A DNA stretch of 55,636 nucleotides from Planctomycetota bacterium (GCA_044225365.1 JBGAIQ010000037.1:1-55636), one strand, 5' to 3'; positions 48,101 through 55,636 are shown, numbered from the stretch's first letter. Numbers and translations: made by a program. Notes: generated by a model not told the origin, from the letters alone.

Positions 48101-50238
48101 GTCCAGGGTTCCTCGGCACCCAGATGGTCAGGCTCGGAGACCTCAATGGGGATGGGAAAGAGGACTTCGGACTGTCGGATCATTTGACCAACGGGCACGC
48201 GGGAGAAATTCAGGTCCGTTCCGGAGCGAATGCTTCGATCATCTACTCGATTCTGGGAAGTACACCGGGAACCTACTTCGGTGTACCCATGGCGAACGTG
48301 GGTGACTTGAACGGAGACGGGAAGACGGATTTCGCAACTGCAGCGTCCAGTGGAGGTGGCCTGGGAGCGGTCTTTGTATATTCCGGCGAGGACGGATCCC
48401 TCCTCGACTCACGTGCTGGCATCAATGCAGGTGCATACTTCGGAAATTCCATCACATCGGTCGCGGACGTCGACCACGATGGGCTGAACGATCTCGCAAT
48501 CGCATCCTTTACCGACAGCACGAACGGTACGAACGCCGGACGGGTATACATCGTGAGTTCTGCGACTCTCGATACGATCTCATCGATCGATGGCGAGAAC
48601 GCCGAAGACTTCTTTGGACACAGAGTTGCCGGGGCTGACCTAACGAATGACGGAAACATCGACCTCATTGTTGGCGCAGCGTTCAAGGATGCGGGTGGCG
48701 TCGACGATGGGTCGACTTACGTATATTCCTTGATCGATGGCTGCTCGACCACGCTCCCGCATTACACCGTCGGCACGACCCCGCGCGACGTTCTGCTCGT
48801 CGATCGCGATGGCGACGGCGACATCGACGCGGTCAGCGCGAACAGCGGCGCGGCTTCACTGTCCGTGCTCACGAACGACGGGCTCGGAGGATTCTCCGGA
48901 ACGCCGCTGACGATCGCGCTCGGCGTGGGCGACGATCCGCAATCGATCGTGCCGCAAGGCAATGGCCTCGCGGTGGCCTGCCCGAGTACGAATCGCATCC
49001 GGCTCCTCGCGCCGAGCGGCGGCTCGTGGACCTACTCGGGTCAGTCCCTCACTCCTCCCGGCCAGCGGCCGGTCGATCTTGCGAGCGGCGCCTTGCATGG
49101 CACGAGCGCGATCGACCTCGTCATCGCCCTCGAGGGCTCGTTCTTCGGCACCGGCGGGGGCGTCGCCGTCACGAATCCCGGCGGGTCACTCACGCTGCTC
49201 CCCGCACCTCCGGGCGGTTTCCTGTCGGTCAAGCGCGTGGCCGTCGGCGATCTCGACGGCGACGGCGACCTGGACATCGTGGCCGGCATGACGGGCACCG
49301 CGTTCGTCGCCGGTCCGACGGCGAACGTGCTCTTGTATGCGAACGACGGTAGTGGAACGTTCAGCTACGCGGGCGCCTTGACCGGCGGCGGCGTGCCGAG
49401 CGGATTCGCGCTGCGCGACCTCGACGGCGACAACGACGTCGACCTGATGGTGGTCGCGCAGGCGGTGCCGCCCTTCGCGACGACGTCCGGATTGACGGTA
49501 TTCAAAAACAACGGGACGGGCGCACTCGGCCCCTCGCGATTCACGGCGTTGTCGCAACTCGCGGCGGGCTCGTTGCCGGGCGACGTGGTGTCGCTCGACC
49601 TGAATTCGGATTCGCTAGCGGGATTCCTCTCGCTCGAGGACGTCGTCGTGGCGGACACGACGGGCAGCACGCTGAAGGGCTTCCGCTCTTTCGGAACGAC
49701 GAGCTTCGCGTCGACGGAGGACCTCGAGGCCGACGACACGCCGGTCGCGCTCGCGGCCGGCGATCTCAATGCCGACGGGATCCCGGATCTCGTCGAGGTC
49801 AACGCGGGCTGTGATTCGCTGACGGTGTCGCTCTCGACTCTCAATGCGCTCGCGCAGAAGTTCGGGACGGGCTGCGCGGGAACGGCGGGCAAGGTACCCG
49901 CGATCTCGGCCGTCGGCTCGCCGACCTTTGGCAATCCGAGCTTCGGTGTGAAGCTCACGAACGGCCGCGCGGCGTCGTTCGTGTTCTTCGGGATCTCGCT
50001 GAACTACCTGAACGCGCCTCTCGGCGGCGGCTGTTCGCTGTTCCTGACGCCACCGGTGTCGTTCTTCACGACGTTCACCAACGCAACGGGTCAGGCGCAG
50101 ATCAACTTCGGGATCCCGACCGCGGTGCCGCCCTTCGTCGGGCTGAACGCCTACTTCCAGTACTTCGTGAACGACCCGGTCGGCGGGTACTCGGGCTTCG
50201 CGTTCTCGGACGCGCTGCGCATCCGGCTCGGAAACTGA
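45097..50238 (+). CDS. Ser/Thr protein kinase - TM - TPR - two FG-GAP propellers - C-terminal domain fusion (1713 aa)
   Basis: Intact Hanks motifs GRGGMG, VALK, HRDVKPSN, DFG, APE, DVYSLG; TM at ~46318-46389; TPR-like helices; about 14 FG-GAP/DxDGDG-type loops (two degenerate) after 47578; single uninterrupted ORF. Confidence 0.88.
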   Translation: MTPWNARFASEIMNLDDGLRLPMQERGNLCNGELGPRDDEEFLDVVVDAAIEAAGRGERLDVELYLRSRPHLEKRIDEALQLCRDVAIRRAPADRIGGYEILREIGRGGMGTVYLARQVGLGREVALKVLPGTARFSERSRKRFLAEAQALGRLGHPHVVVIHDVIETADTCAFAMEWVDGKDLSKVIEAQRRGQGAQSLDIAQISDREEAPSSCGAWGVFVARICIEIARALSAAHRAGLLHRDVKPSNVLLRRDGTALLSDFGLVRDEDSSRLTEVGRFVGTLAYAAPEQIRGDAIDVRSDVYSLGVTLYHALGLALPFRGTTPEAMLHSIERGAVRRLHSMDATIPRDLATIVAKAMDVDPARRYASADELADDLERFLRHEPIVAVPDGLATRMWKFVRRNRRTVFAASLAAIVTTAIAAFAVAWYLDWKERPARAAALITKARQRLADPQSRVRAAYPQSLPTQLDDTERERGTRDAVALYDEAIGLVVQPERIHAERAAVATVVSGGEYAGSDERAAGIAAFLSGDSERALRCWRKATIDGPVDPLVEVFLGQRQLENGEFAAAYAHLLRVEREWPEAMFVRLDLADTALRLGDADAAEQWLAPLSFRDCRGSVSKRILLRLHSECAEARGNLELAEALDHILANRFGATTQSTLGHARRLARLGRPWEAVDVVYRMRDWNPRPPTWERDTREVLDAAAWTLTRAELAGWFGVGRDRDADPDLGKWLAVFEVDSANGKESATFDLEDSAPNPHGVSLRDLDRVERVSKMSRSLPTGVRRLARFIAAFPESDAIAIVSRIATMAPKTAAFAVVSMFVADALGQTEIYRWDGEASGAAFGYDVANAGDVDNDGYTDVIIGAMQENSNTGSATVRSGRTGAILHKWLGVAANDQFGHSVVGLGDLNGDGYDDVAVGMRGNENPANPGYVRVFSGQTGAVLYHFAGSAPAILLGTRIANVGDVNGDGTDDLGASSIQAFNEVKIFSGATGNVIHVIQGPSPGFLGTQMVRLGDLNGDGKEDFGLSDHLTNGHAGEIQVRSGANASIIYSILGSTPGTYFGVPMANVGDLNGDGKTDFATAASSGGGLGAVFVYSGEDGSLLDSRAGINAGAYFGNSITSVADVDHDGLNDLAIASFTDSTNGTNAGRVYIVSSATLDTISSIDGENAEDFFGHRVAGADLTNDGNIDLIVGAAFKDAGGVDDGSTYVYSLIDGCSTTLPHYTVGTTPRDVLLVDRDGDGDIDAVSANSGAASLSVLTNDGLGGFSGTPLTIALGVGDDPQSIVPQGNGLAVACPSTNRIRLLAPSGGSWTYSGQSLTPPGQRPVDLASGALHGTSAIDLVIALEGSFFGTGGGVAVTNPGGSLTLLPAPPGGFLSVKRVAVGDLDGDGDLDIVAGMTGTAFVAGPTANVLLYANDGSGTFSYAGALTGGGVPSGFALRDLDGDNDVDLMVVAQAVPPFATTSGLTVFKNNGTGALGPSRFTALSQLAAGSLPGDVVSLDLNSDSLAGFLSLEDVVVADTTGSTLKGFRSFGTTSFASTEDLEADDTPVALAAGDLNADGIPDLVEVNAGCDSLTVSLSTLNALAQKFGTGCAGTAGKVPAISAVGSPTFGNPSFGVKLTNGRAASFVFFGISLNYLNAPLGGGCSLFLTPPVSFFTTFTNATGQAQINFGIPTAVPPFVGLNAYFQYFVNDPVGGYSGFAFSDALRIRLGN
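48742..50238 (+). repeat. ~1.5-kb direct repeat, copy 1 (second propeller plus C-terminal domain)
   Basis: From 'CSTTLPHY' to 'LRIRLGN*'; collinear with 51622-53115, with long identical stretches and mostly synonymous differences. Confidence 0.92.
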
Positions 50239-50322
50239 GCTTCGAGGTACGGCGGCGCTGGCGAACGGTCAGCGTCGCTGGGGTCATCGCCCCCGCAGTC
50301 TTACAACTCGAGGAGAATCGTC

Positions 50323-53115
50323 GTGATTCGACACGTCCGTTCGCGGCTGGCATCCATCGTGTGGATCGGCATTCCCTTGATCGTGGAGACGGTGCAAGCG
50401 ACTTCGACCGCGAGCGGTCAGACCTTGATCTACGAGTCTCACGGCGCAGCCGCCAGTGATCAACACGGTCAAACCGTTTCGAACTACGGCGATCTCGACG
50501 GTGATGGACTCGAGGAATTCGCAGTTGGCGCACCGCTCGTGAACGTAGGTTCGTCTGCGGACCGCGGAAGAGTCGTCGTCTATCGCGGCTCCGATGGTTC
50601 AGTGCTCTTCACCTGGTTTGGCTTGGTCACGAACGAGCGATTCGGATCTTCGATCGATTCGGCAGGCGACTTGAACATGGATGGTGTACCGGATCTCTTG
50701 ATCGGCGCGCCGCATATCGCGGGCGGAGGCCCGACATCGATCGGTCACGTGCGCGCATTTTCAGGTGCGACGGGATCACTATTGTTCGACATCTCGAAGC
50801 CGACGTACGTCGGACACGCCTTCGGCGCGTGCGTTGCAAATGTAGGAGATGTCGACAACGACTCTGTTCCGGACGTCGCAATCGGGCGATTCAACGGGGG
50901 CACGGGACTGCCGCAAACGACCGAGGTGTACTCGGGAGCGAACCAGACCCTGCTGCGCTCCGTGGTAGCGACTACTCCGGGGAACGCCTATCCGCGATCT
51001 TGTGCAGGCTTGGGAGATCTCGACACGGATGGATTCGACGACTTCTTAGTTGGAGAAGTCCCAGTGCCAGCGGCACTAGGAAGAGTGAGAGTGATTTCGG
51101 GTCACACGGGATCCACGCTGCAACTGCTCTTGGGTGCGAGCATCGGAGATGGATTCGGTCAGGTCGTCGCGAACGCAGGAGATTTGACCGGAGACGGCAA
51201 GAGCGATGCGTTCGCCGGCTCGCCTGTCGCAGCGCCTAGCGGGACTCCTACCGGTCGCGTTCAACTCTTTTCGGCGGCCGATGGGACGCTTGTGAGGGCG
51301 TGGAACGGGAGCCAGCCGAATGAGGCATTTGGGAATTCGATTTCGAGCGTAGGCGATCTCGATCTCGACGGAGTTCCGGATGCCATCTTTGGGGCTCCGC
51401 AACAGGTGACACAAGCCGGACGAGTGGAAGTGGTGCACGGATCCGACGGATCCGTGTGGTTCGAGATCGCCGGATTGACTGGAGACAAGTTCGGCGATGC
51501 TGTTGCCGCGGCCGACGTGACCGGCGATGGATTGCGCGACCTCATCGTGGGCTCGCCGGCGAACGATGTTCCAACGACCAACGCAGGCGCGGCGTACGTC
51601 TACGATGCCCCGTCCCGGAATTGCTCGACTTCTCTCCCTCATTATGATGTCGGCTCGACTCCTCGCGACGTGCTGCTCGTCGATCGTGACGGCGACGGCG
51701 ATCGCGACGCGGTGACGGCGAACAGCGGCGCGGGAACGTTGACGGTCCTCACCAACGACGGCCTGGGCGGATTCGGCGCTGCGGCACTGACGATCGCGCT
51801 CGGCGCGGGCGACGATCCACAGTCGGTGGTGACGCAAGGAACCGGCCTCGCGGTGGCCTGCCCGAGCACGAACGCCATTCGCCTACTGGCACCAAGCGCC
51901 GGCTCGTGGACGTACTCGAGAACGACGCTGACGCCTCCGGGCCAGCGGCCGGTGGATCTCGCGAGCGGCAATCTCGACGGCGCGGGCGGCGTCGACCTCG
52001 CAATCGCGCTCGAGGGCAGCGTGTTCGGCGTGGGCGGCGGCGTCGCGGTGTCGCTCGGCGGCGCGCCGGTGATGCTGCCTTCGCCTCCCGGCGGGTTCCT
52101 GTCCATCAAGCGCGTCGCCATCGGCGATCTCGACGGCGACGGCGATCAGGACATCGTTGCGGGCATGTCGGGCACCGCGTTCGCGCCCGTTCCGACTGCG
52201 AATATCCTGCTCTACGAGAACACGGGCAGTGGATCGTTCACCTACGTCGGCGCGTTGCCTGGCGGCGGCGTTCCGAGCGGCCTCGCGCTGCACAACATCG
52301 ACAACGACAACGACGTCGACCTGATCGTGATCGCGCAGCCCGTGCCGCCGTTCGGCACGACCTCGGGCCTGACGGTATTCACGAACAACGGGACGGGCGC
52401 GTTCGGACCCTCGCGCTTCATGGCTTTGTCGCAGCTCGCAGCGGGCTCTTTGCCGGGTGACGTGGTGGCGCTCGATCTCAATTCGGATTCGTTGCCCGGG
52501 TTCATCTCCCTGGAGGACGTCGTCGTCGCCGACACGACCGGCAGCACGCTGAAATCCTTCCGCTCGTTCGGAACGACGAGCTTCGCGTCGACGGAGGACC
52601 TCGAGGCCGACGACACGCCGGTGGCGCTCGCGGCCGGTGATCTCAACGCCGACGGGATCCCGGACCTGGTCGAGGTCAACGCGGGCTGCGATTCGCTGAC
52701 CGTGTCGCTCTCGACTCTCAATGCGCTCGCGCAGAAGTTCGGGACGGGCTGCGCGGGAACGGCGGGTAAGGTACCCGCGATCTCGGCGGAGGGATTGCCG
52801 ACGTTCGGGAATCCGAGCTTCGGCGTGAAACTCACGAACGGTCGCGCAGCGTCGTTCGTGTTCTTCGGAATCTCGCTGAACTACCTGAACGCTCCGCTCG
52901 GGGGCGGCTGCACTCTGTTCCTGACGCCGCCGGTTGCTTTCTACAGCACGTTCACCGACGCAACGGGACAGACGCAGATCGGCCTGCCGATCCCGAACGC
53001 GGTGCCGCCCTTCGTCGGGCTCAACGCGTACTTCCAGTACTTCGTGAACGACCCGGTCGGCGGGTACTCGGGATTCGCGTTCTCCGACGCCCTGCGCATC
53101 CGACTCGGGAATTGA
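50323..53115 (+). CDS. Secreted FG-GAP protein with two propellers and C-terminal domain (930 aa); paralogue of the kinase ectodomain
   Basis: GAGGAG RBS, GTG start, signal-like N-terminus ending 'TASG|QTLIY'; seven DxD/NxDG-type loops, then the duplicated half. Confidence 0.9.
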   Translation: MIRHVRSRLASIVWIGIPLIVETVQATSTASGQTLIYESHGAAASDQHGQTVSNYGDLDGDGLEEFAVGAPLVNVGSSADRGRVVVYRGSDGSVLFTWFGLVTNERFGSSIDSAGDLNMDGVPDLLIGAPHIAGGGPTSIGHVRAFSGATGSLLFDISKPTYVGHAFGACVANVGDVDNDSVPDVAIGRFNGGTGLPQTTEVYSGANQTLLRSVVATTPGNAYPRSCAGLGDLDTDGFDDFLVGEVPVPAALGRVRVISGHTGSTLQLLLGASIGDGFGQVVANAGDLTGDGKSDAFAGSPVAAPSGTPTGRVQLFSAADGTLVRAWNGSQPNEAFGNSISSVGDLDLDGVPDAIFGAPQQVTQAGRVEVVHGSDGSVWFEIAGLTGDKFGDAVAAADVTGDGLRDLIVGSPANDVPTTNAGAAYVYDAPSRNCSTSLPHYDVGSTPRDVLLVDRDGDGDRDAVTANSGAGTLTVLTNDGLGGFGAAALTIALGAGDDPQSVVTQGTGLAVACPSTNAIRLLAPSAGSWTYSRTTLTPPGQRPVDLASGNLDGAGGVDLAIALEGSVFGVGGGVAVSLGGAPVMLPSPPGGFLSIKRVAIGDLDGDGDQDIVAGMSGTAFAPVPTANILLYENTGSGSFTYVGALPGGGVPSGLALHNIDNDNDVDLIVIAQPVPPFGTTSGLTVFTNNGTGAFGPSRFMALSQLAAGSLPGDVVALDLNSDSLPGFISLEDVVVADTTGSTLKSFRSFGTTSFASTEDLEADDTPVALAAGDLNADGIPDLVEVNAGCDSLTVSLSTLNALAQKFGTGCAGTAGKVPAISAEGLPTFGNPSFGVKLTNGRAASFVFFGISLNYLNAPLGGGCTLFLTPPVAFYSTFTDATGQTQIGLPIPNAVPPFVGLNAYFQYFVNDPVGGYSGFAFSDALRIRLGN
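51622..53115 (+). repeat. ~1.5-kb direct repeat, copy 2
   Basis: From 'CSTSLPHY' to 'LRIRLGN*'; matches 48742-50238. Confidence 0.92.
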
Positions 53116-53126
53116 CGCTCCCCGCT

Positions 53127-53353
53127 CGAACGCGTTCTTCGGCAAGCGTCCTTCGGCGACGGTGACCTGCGTCACGCGGACCGTCGAGACGGAGCCGAGG
53201 AACGCGTTCGTTCGTGCAGGAGGAGCCGGAACGCGGGGGGACTCGACTGCGAGCACGTGCCACAGGCGCAGCCGCGCTGGAGCGCGGCGGTCCGTCATGT
53301 AGGAGCGGATGGAGATCGCGCGCCGGCACGGTCGCGCCAAGACGATCGTCTTC
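53127..53353 (+). ncRNA. Candidate structured RNA(s) between the FG-GAP gene and the ferredoxin gene
   Basis: Hairpin 53127-53210 (CGAACGCGTTCTTCGGC/GCCGAGGAACGCGTTCG, inner CGACGGT/ACCGTCG). Branched fold ~53237-53353 (CGTGCC/GGCACG, GGCGC/GCGCC, GCCGCGC/GCGCGGC, TCCGTC/GATGGA). Confidence 0.35.
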
Positions 53354-53360
53354 AGATCGC

Positions 53361-53395
53361 AAGAGCCCCGTCTTCGAAGAACCGGGGCTCTTTTT
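53361..53395 (+). terminator. Intrinsic terminator
   Basis: GAGCCCCG-TCTTCGAAGAAC-CGGGGCTC followed by TTTTT. Confidence 0.8.
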
Positions 53396-53479
53396 CTACT
53401 CCGGACGTGGAGGGAGATGTCCCGCGGGGTACAAAAGGGGGTCTTCCCGACCGTTTCACCATCGAACGAGACGACTCCC

Positions 53480-53683
53480 ATGCCGATAAAGCGAGTGTGG
53501 ATCGAGGACGGCTGCATCGCGTGCAACCTCAGCCAGGACACGTGTCCGCAGGTCTTCGAGATCCCCGCCGGATCGAATACGGCCGTCGTCAAGCCGGACG
53601 CGGATCTCGTGCGGAACGAGAAGGCGATCAAGGAGGCGGCAGCGGCGTGTCCGGTGAATGTGATCCAGTTCGAAGAGGCCTGA
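53480..53683 (+). CDS. Monocluster ferredoxin (67 aa)
   Basis: 'CIACNLSQDTCPQVF' and 'EAAAACPVNVI', the single-cluster ferredoxin pattern. Confidence 0.9.
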   Translation: MPIKRVWIEDGCIACNLSQDTCPQVFEIPAGSNTAVVKPDADLVRNEKAIKEAAAACPVNVIQFEEA

Positions 53684-53708
53684 TGCGGGTTCGTCGCCTG
53701 CGCAGGAA

Positions 53709-55433
53709 TTGCGACCTCGCGTGAGCTCCTCGCACTCTCTCGGCATTCGTCTCACGATCATCGGCGCCATCATGCTCGTGCTGATGGCGGCGGGAGCATT
53801 GCTCGTCGGCAATCTGCCGCGCTCGACGTCCAACGATCCGAACCTCGTGCTGATCGTCCTCGATACCGTTCGCTACGACCACACGTCGCTCGGATCCTCC
53901 CGCGCGACGACTCCGTTCCTGAAGGATCTTGCGGGCAGCGGAGTCGAATTCACGAGCGCGCGCTCGGCGGCCGAATGGACGATGCCGTCGCACGCCTCGA
54001 TCTTCACGGGCCTGTTGCCGCACCAGCATCTCTGCACCTTCGAGCATCGCTATCTGCCGGACGAAGTCGTGACGATCGCGGAGCGATTGCGCCAGAAGCC
54101 GTATCGCACCGCCGCGTTTTCCTCGAACGTGAACGTCAGCAGGGTGTTCAACTTCGATCAGGGTTTCGACCACTTCTTCGAGGCGTTCAACGAGAGCGCC
54201 ACCTTGGCGTATGGTTCGCGGAGCGCGGCATTACTCGCCGACCTGGAGCGCTGGCTCGGACAGTCGCGGAACGAGCCGGTCTTCCTCTTCGTGAACCTAA
54301 TGGAAGCGCATCTGCCGTACGAGGCGACCGCGGCGAATCTCGCGACGTTCGCCCCGCGGGGGCAATCGCTCGACCCGAAGGAGCTCGGTGCGCGCGACTT
54401 CTTCGACCGCGTCCTCGCGGGAGAGCGGCGGCTCGACGATGAGTTCAAGTCCGCGCTCGCGGAGCGCTACGACGCCGCGCTGCACACCGTGGACGATCGA
54501 CTGCGCGATGTGATCGAGATGCTCGGGAAGAGCCACATCGATTCCAGCAACACGATCTTCGTCATCACTTCGGATCATGGCGAACACCTCGGTGAGGGCG
54601 GGCTCGTCGATCATCACGGATCGTTGTCGGAGGAACTCCTGCGGGTCCCGCTCGTCATCTACGGGCGCGGTGTCGCCGCGGGCAAGAAGGTCGCGTCGCC
54701 CGTAAGCACGGCCAACATCGCGCGCTGGCTCGACGTGTTGCCATCCGGTGGTTTCAAGCCCGATCGATATTCCGCGCAGGGCGCCATCGTGAGCGAGCGT
54801 ACGGCAGAGCCTGAGATCGTCGCACGGCTCGCGGCGAACCGCCCGGGGGTCGATCATGGATTCCTCGAATTCGGGGAATCCGCGATCGTCGACTCGAGCG
54901 GGCGATGGAAGCTCGTCCACCGCGACGACGGGGCCGCGATGCTCTATGAACTCGGTCCCGGTGGCGCGACTCTCATCGATCCGACCGCGGAGCCGGAAGT
55001 GCGAACGCGCCTCTCCCAGAGCCTGGCGACGATCGTGAGGACGCCGAGCGTCGTCGAGCGATTCGATGTGCACGCGGAGTTCGCCCCCGACAACGACGCG
55101 CTGACGTCGATCGCGCAGAGCGGGTATGGCTCGCCCGCAAGCGTCGGGTCGACCGCGTCGATCCACGCGCAGATCCATCTCGAGCGTGGAAATCGTTCCT
55201 TGACGAAGGGCGACCTGGCGGAGGCGAAGAAGGACTACGAAGCGGCGCTCGCGATCGAGCCGCGATTCGCGGCTGCCTACTTCAATCTCGCTGTCATCGC
55301 CGAGAAGTCGAATGCGCCCACGGCTGATCAGAAGCGGGCCTGGGAGCGCTACGTCGATATCGCGCTGCGCACGACGCCCGACGATCAAACCTCGATCCAA
55401 CAGGCGTATCAGCGGCTCGAAGCGCTGCGGTGA
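53709..55433 (+). CDS. Membrane-anchored sulfatase-like (alkaline phosphatase superfamily) protein with C-terminal TPR
   Basis: TM anchor; 'PNLVLIVLDTVR', 'WTMPSHASIFTG', 'NLMEAHLPY', 'TSDHGE', 'RVPLVI'; TPR 'YEAALAIEPRFAAAYFNLA'. Start may be GTG 53721. Confidence 0.87.
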   Translation: MRPRVSSSHSLGIRLTIIGAIMLVLMAAGALLVGNLPRSTSNDPNLVLIVLDTVRYDHTSLGSSRATTPFLKDLAGSGVEFTSARSAAEWTMPSHASIFTGLLPHQHLCTFEHRYLPDEVVTIAERLRQKPYRTAAFSSNVNVSRVFNFDQGFDHFFEAFNESATLAYGSRSAALLADLERWLGQSRNEPVFLFVNLMEAHLPYEATAANLATFAPRGQSLDPKELGARDFFDRVLAGERRLDDEFKSALAERYDAALHTVDDRLRDVIEMLGKSHIDSSNTIFVITSDHGEHLGEGGLVDHHGSLSEELLRVPLVIYGRGVAAGKKVASPVSTANIARWLDVLPSGGFKPDRYSAQGAIVSERTAEPEIVARLAANRPGVDHGFLEFGESAIVDSSGRWKLVHRDDGAAMLYELGPGGATLIDPTAEPEVRTRLSQSLATIVRTPSVVERFDVHAEFAPDNDALTSIAQSGYGSPASVGSTASIHAQIHLERGNRSLTKGDLAEAKKDYEAALAIEPRFAAAYFNLAVIAEKSNAPTADQKRAWERYVDIALRTTPDDQTSIQQAYQRLEALR

Positions 55434-55505
55434 TCGAGCGCCGCAGCGACTCTTGCATTGGCCGAATCACGAAGATCGTCGCGGCCTTCCGCGGGAACGC
55501 GGCCC

Positions 55506-55636
55506 ATCGTTTTCCACGGAGGTTCACGGAGGTCAGAAGAGGACCACGGAGTTCGGAGAAGAACGGAGGTTCGAAAAGGGGCTGTCCTCCGCACGCGAGA
55601 CGATGTGGATCTCCCCGGCGCCCGCGTTCGTGAGGA
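55506..55636. repeat. Third copy of the CACGGAGG element, cut by the window end
   Basis: 10-mers TCCACGGAGG TTCACGGAGG TCAGAAGAGG ACCACGGAGT, then AAAAGGGGCTGTCCTCCGCACGC as at 713-735; ends in TTCGTGAGGA as at 760-769. Confidence 0.88.

Noticed and set aside
48742-53115. Diversity-generating retroelement TR/VR pair
   Set aside because: Differences inspected (e.g. ~49740-49830 vs ~52620-52710) are mostly synonymous C/G/T third-position changes, not adenine-specific; both copies are coding and no reverse transcriptase is present.
53309-53479. 57-aa N-terminal extension of the ferredoxin
   Set aside because: It would run through a strong intrinsic terminator, and the protein from ATG 53480 is a complete ferredoxin; kept only as a possible regulatory feature.
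44350-53480. Integrated mobile element/prophage explaining the lower-GC patches
   Set aside because: No integrase, transposase, tRNA target, phage genes or flanking direct repeats were seen; the composition shifts occur within genes.

Overview
High-GC bacterial chromosomal segment, most likely from an uncultured Planctomycetota-like organism. This is inferred from a Planctomycete-type ECF sigma/Ser-Thr kinase pair, a DUF1800-DUF1501 pair and many secreted repeat proteins. About 36 CDS can be supported. Housekeeping genes: a coupled dgt-rnc-mfd-surA-like operon, a heme O synthase/ABC-2/DUF420 cluster, rho, a stand-alone fusA, an AlaX-type editing protein and a ferredoxin. These are interspersed with many secreted proteins of unknown function. 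No rRNA, tRNA, CRISPR array, transposase or reverse transcriptase was seen. Most notable: (1) An ECF sigma is coupled to a 1713-aa kinase-TM-TPR protein that runs in frame, through an internal signal-peptide-like segment, into two integrin-alpha-like FG-GAP propellers. A free secreted paralogue follows and shares a near-identical 1.5-kb 3' half behind a divergent, lower-GC 5' propeller. (2) A shared ~100-130 aa C-terminal domain on unrelated secreted proteins is a candidate sorting signal. (3) A MITE/REP-like element built from 10-bp-phased CACGGAGG units occurs at both ends of the window. (4) Two highly structured intergenic regions lie upstream of rho and upstream of the ferredoxin. (5) A small 8-Cys secreted protein is paired with a large orphan protein. 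(6) Rho has a Gly/Arg/Gln/Tyr low-complexity N-terminus. All assignments come from reading motifs by eye; no searches were run.
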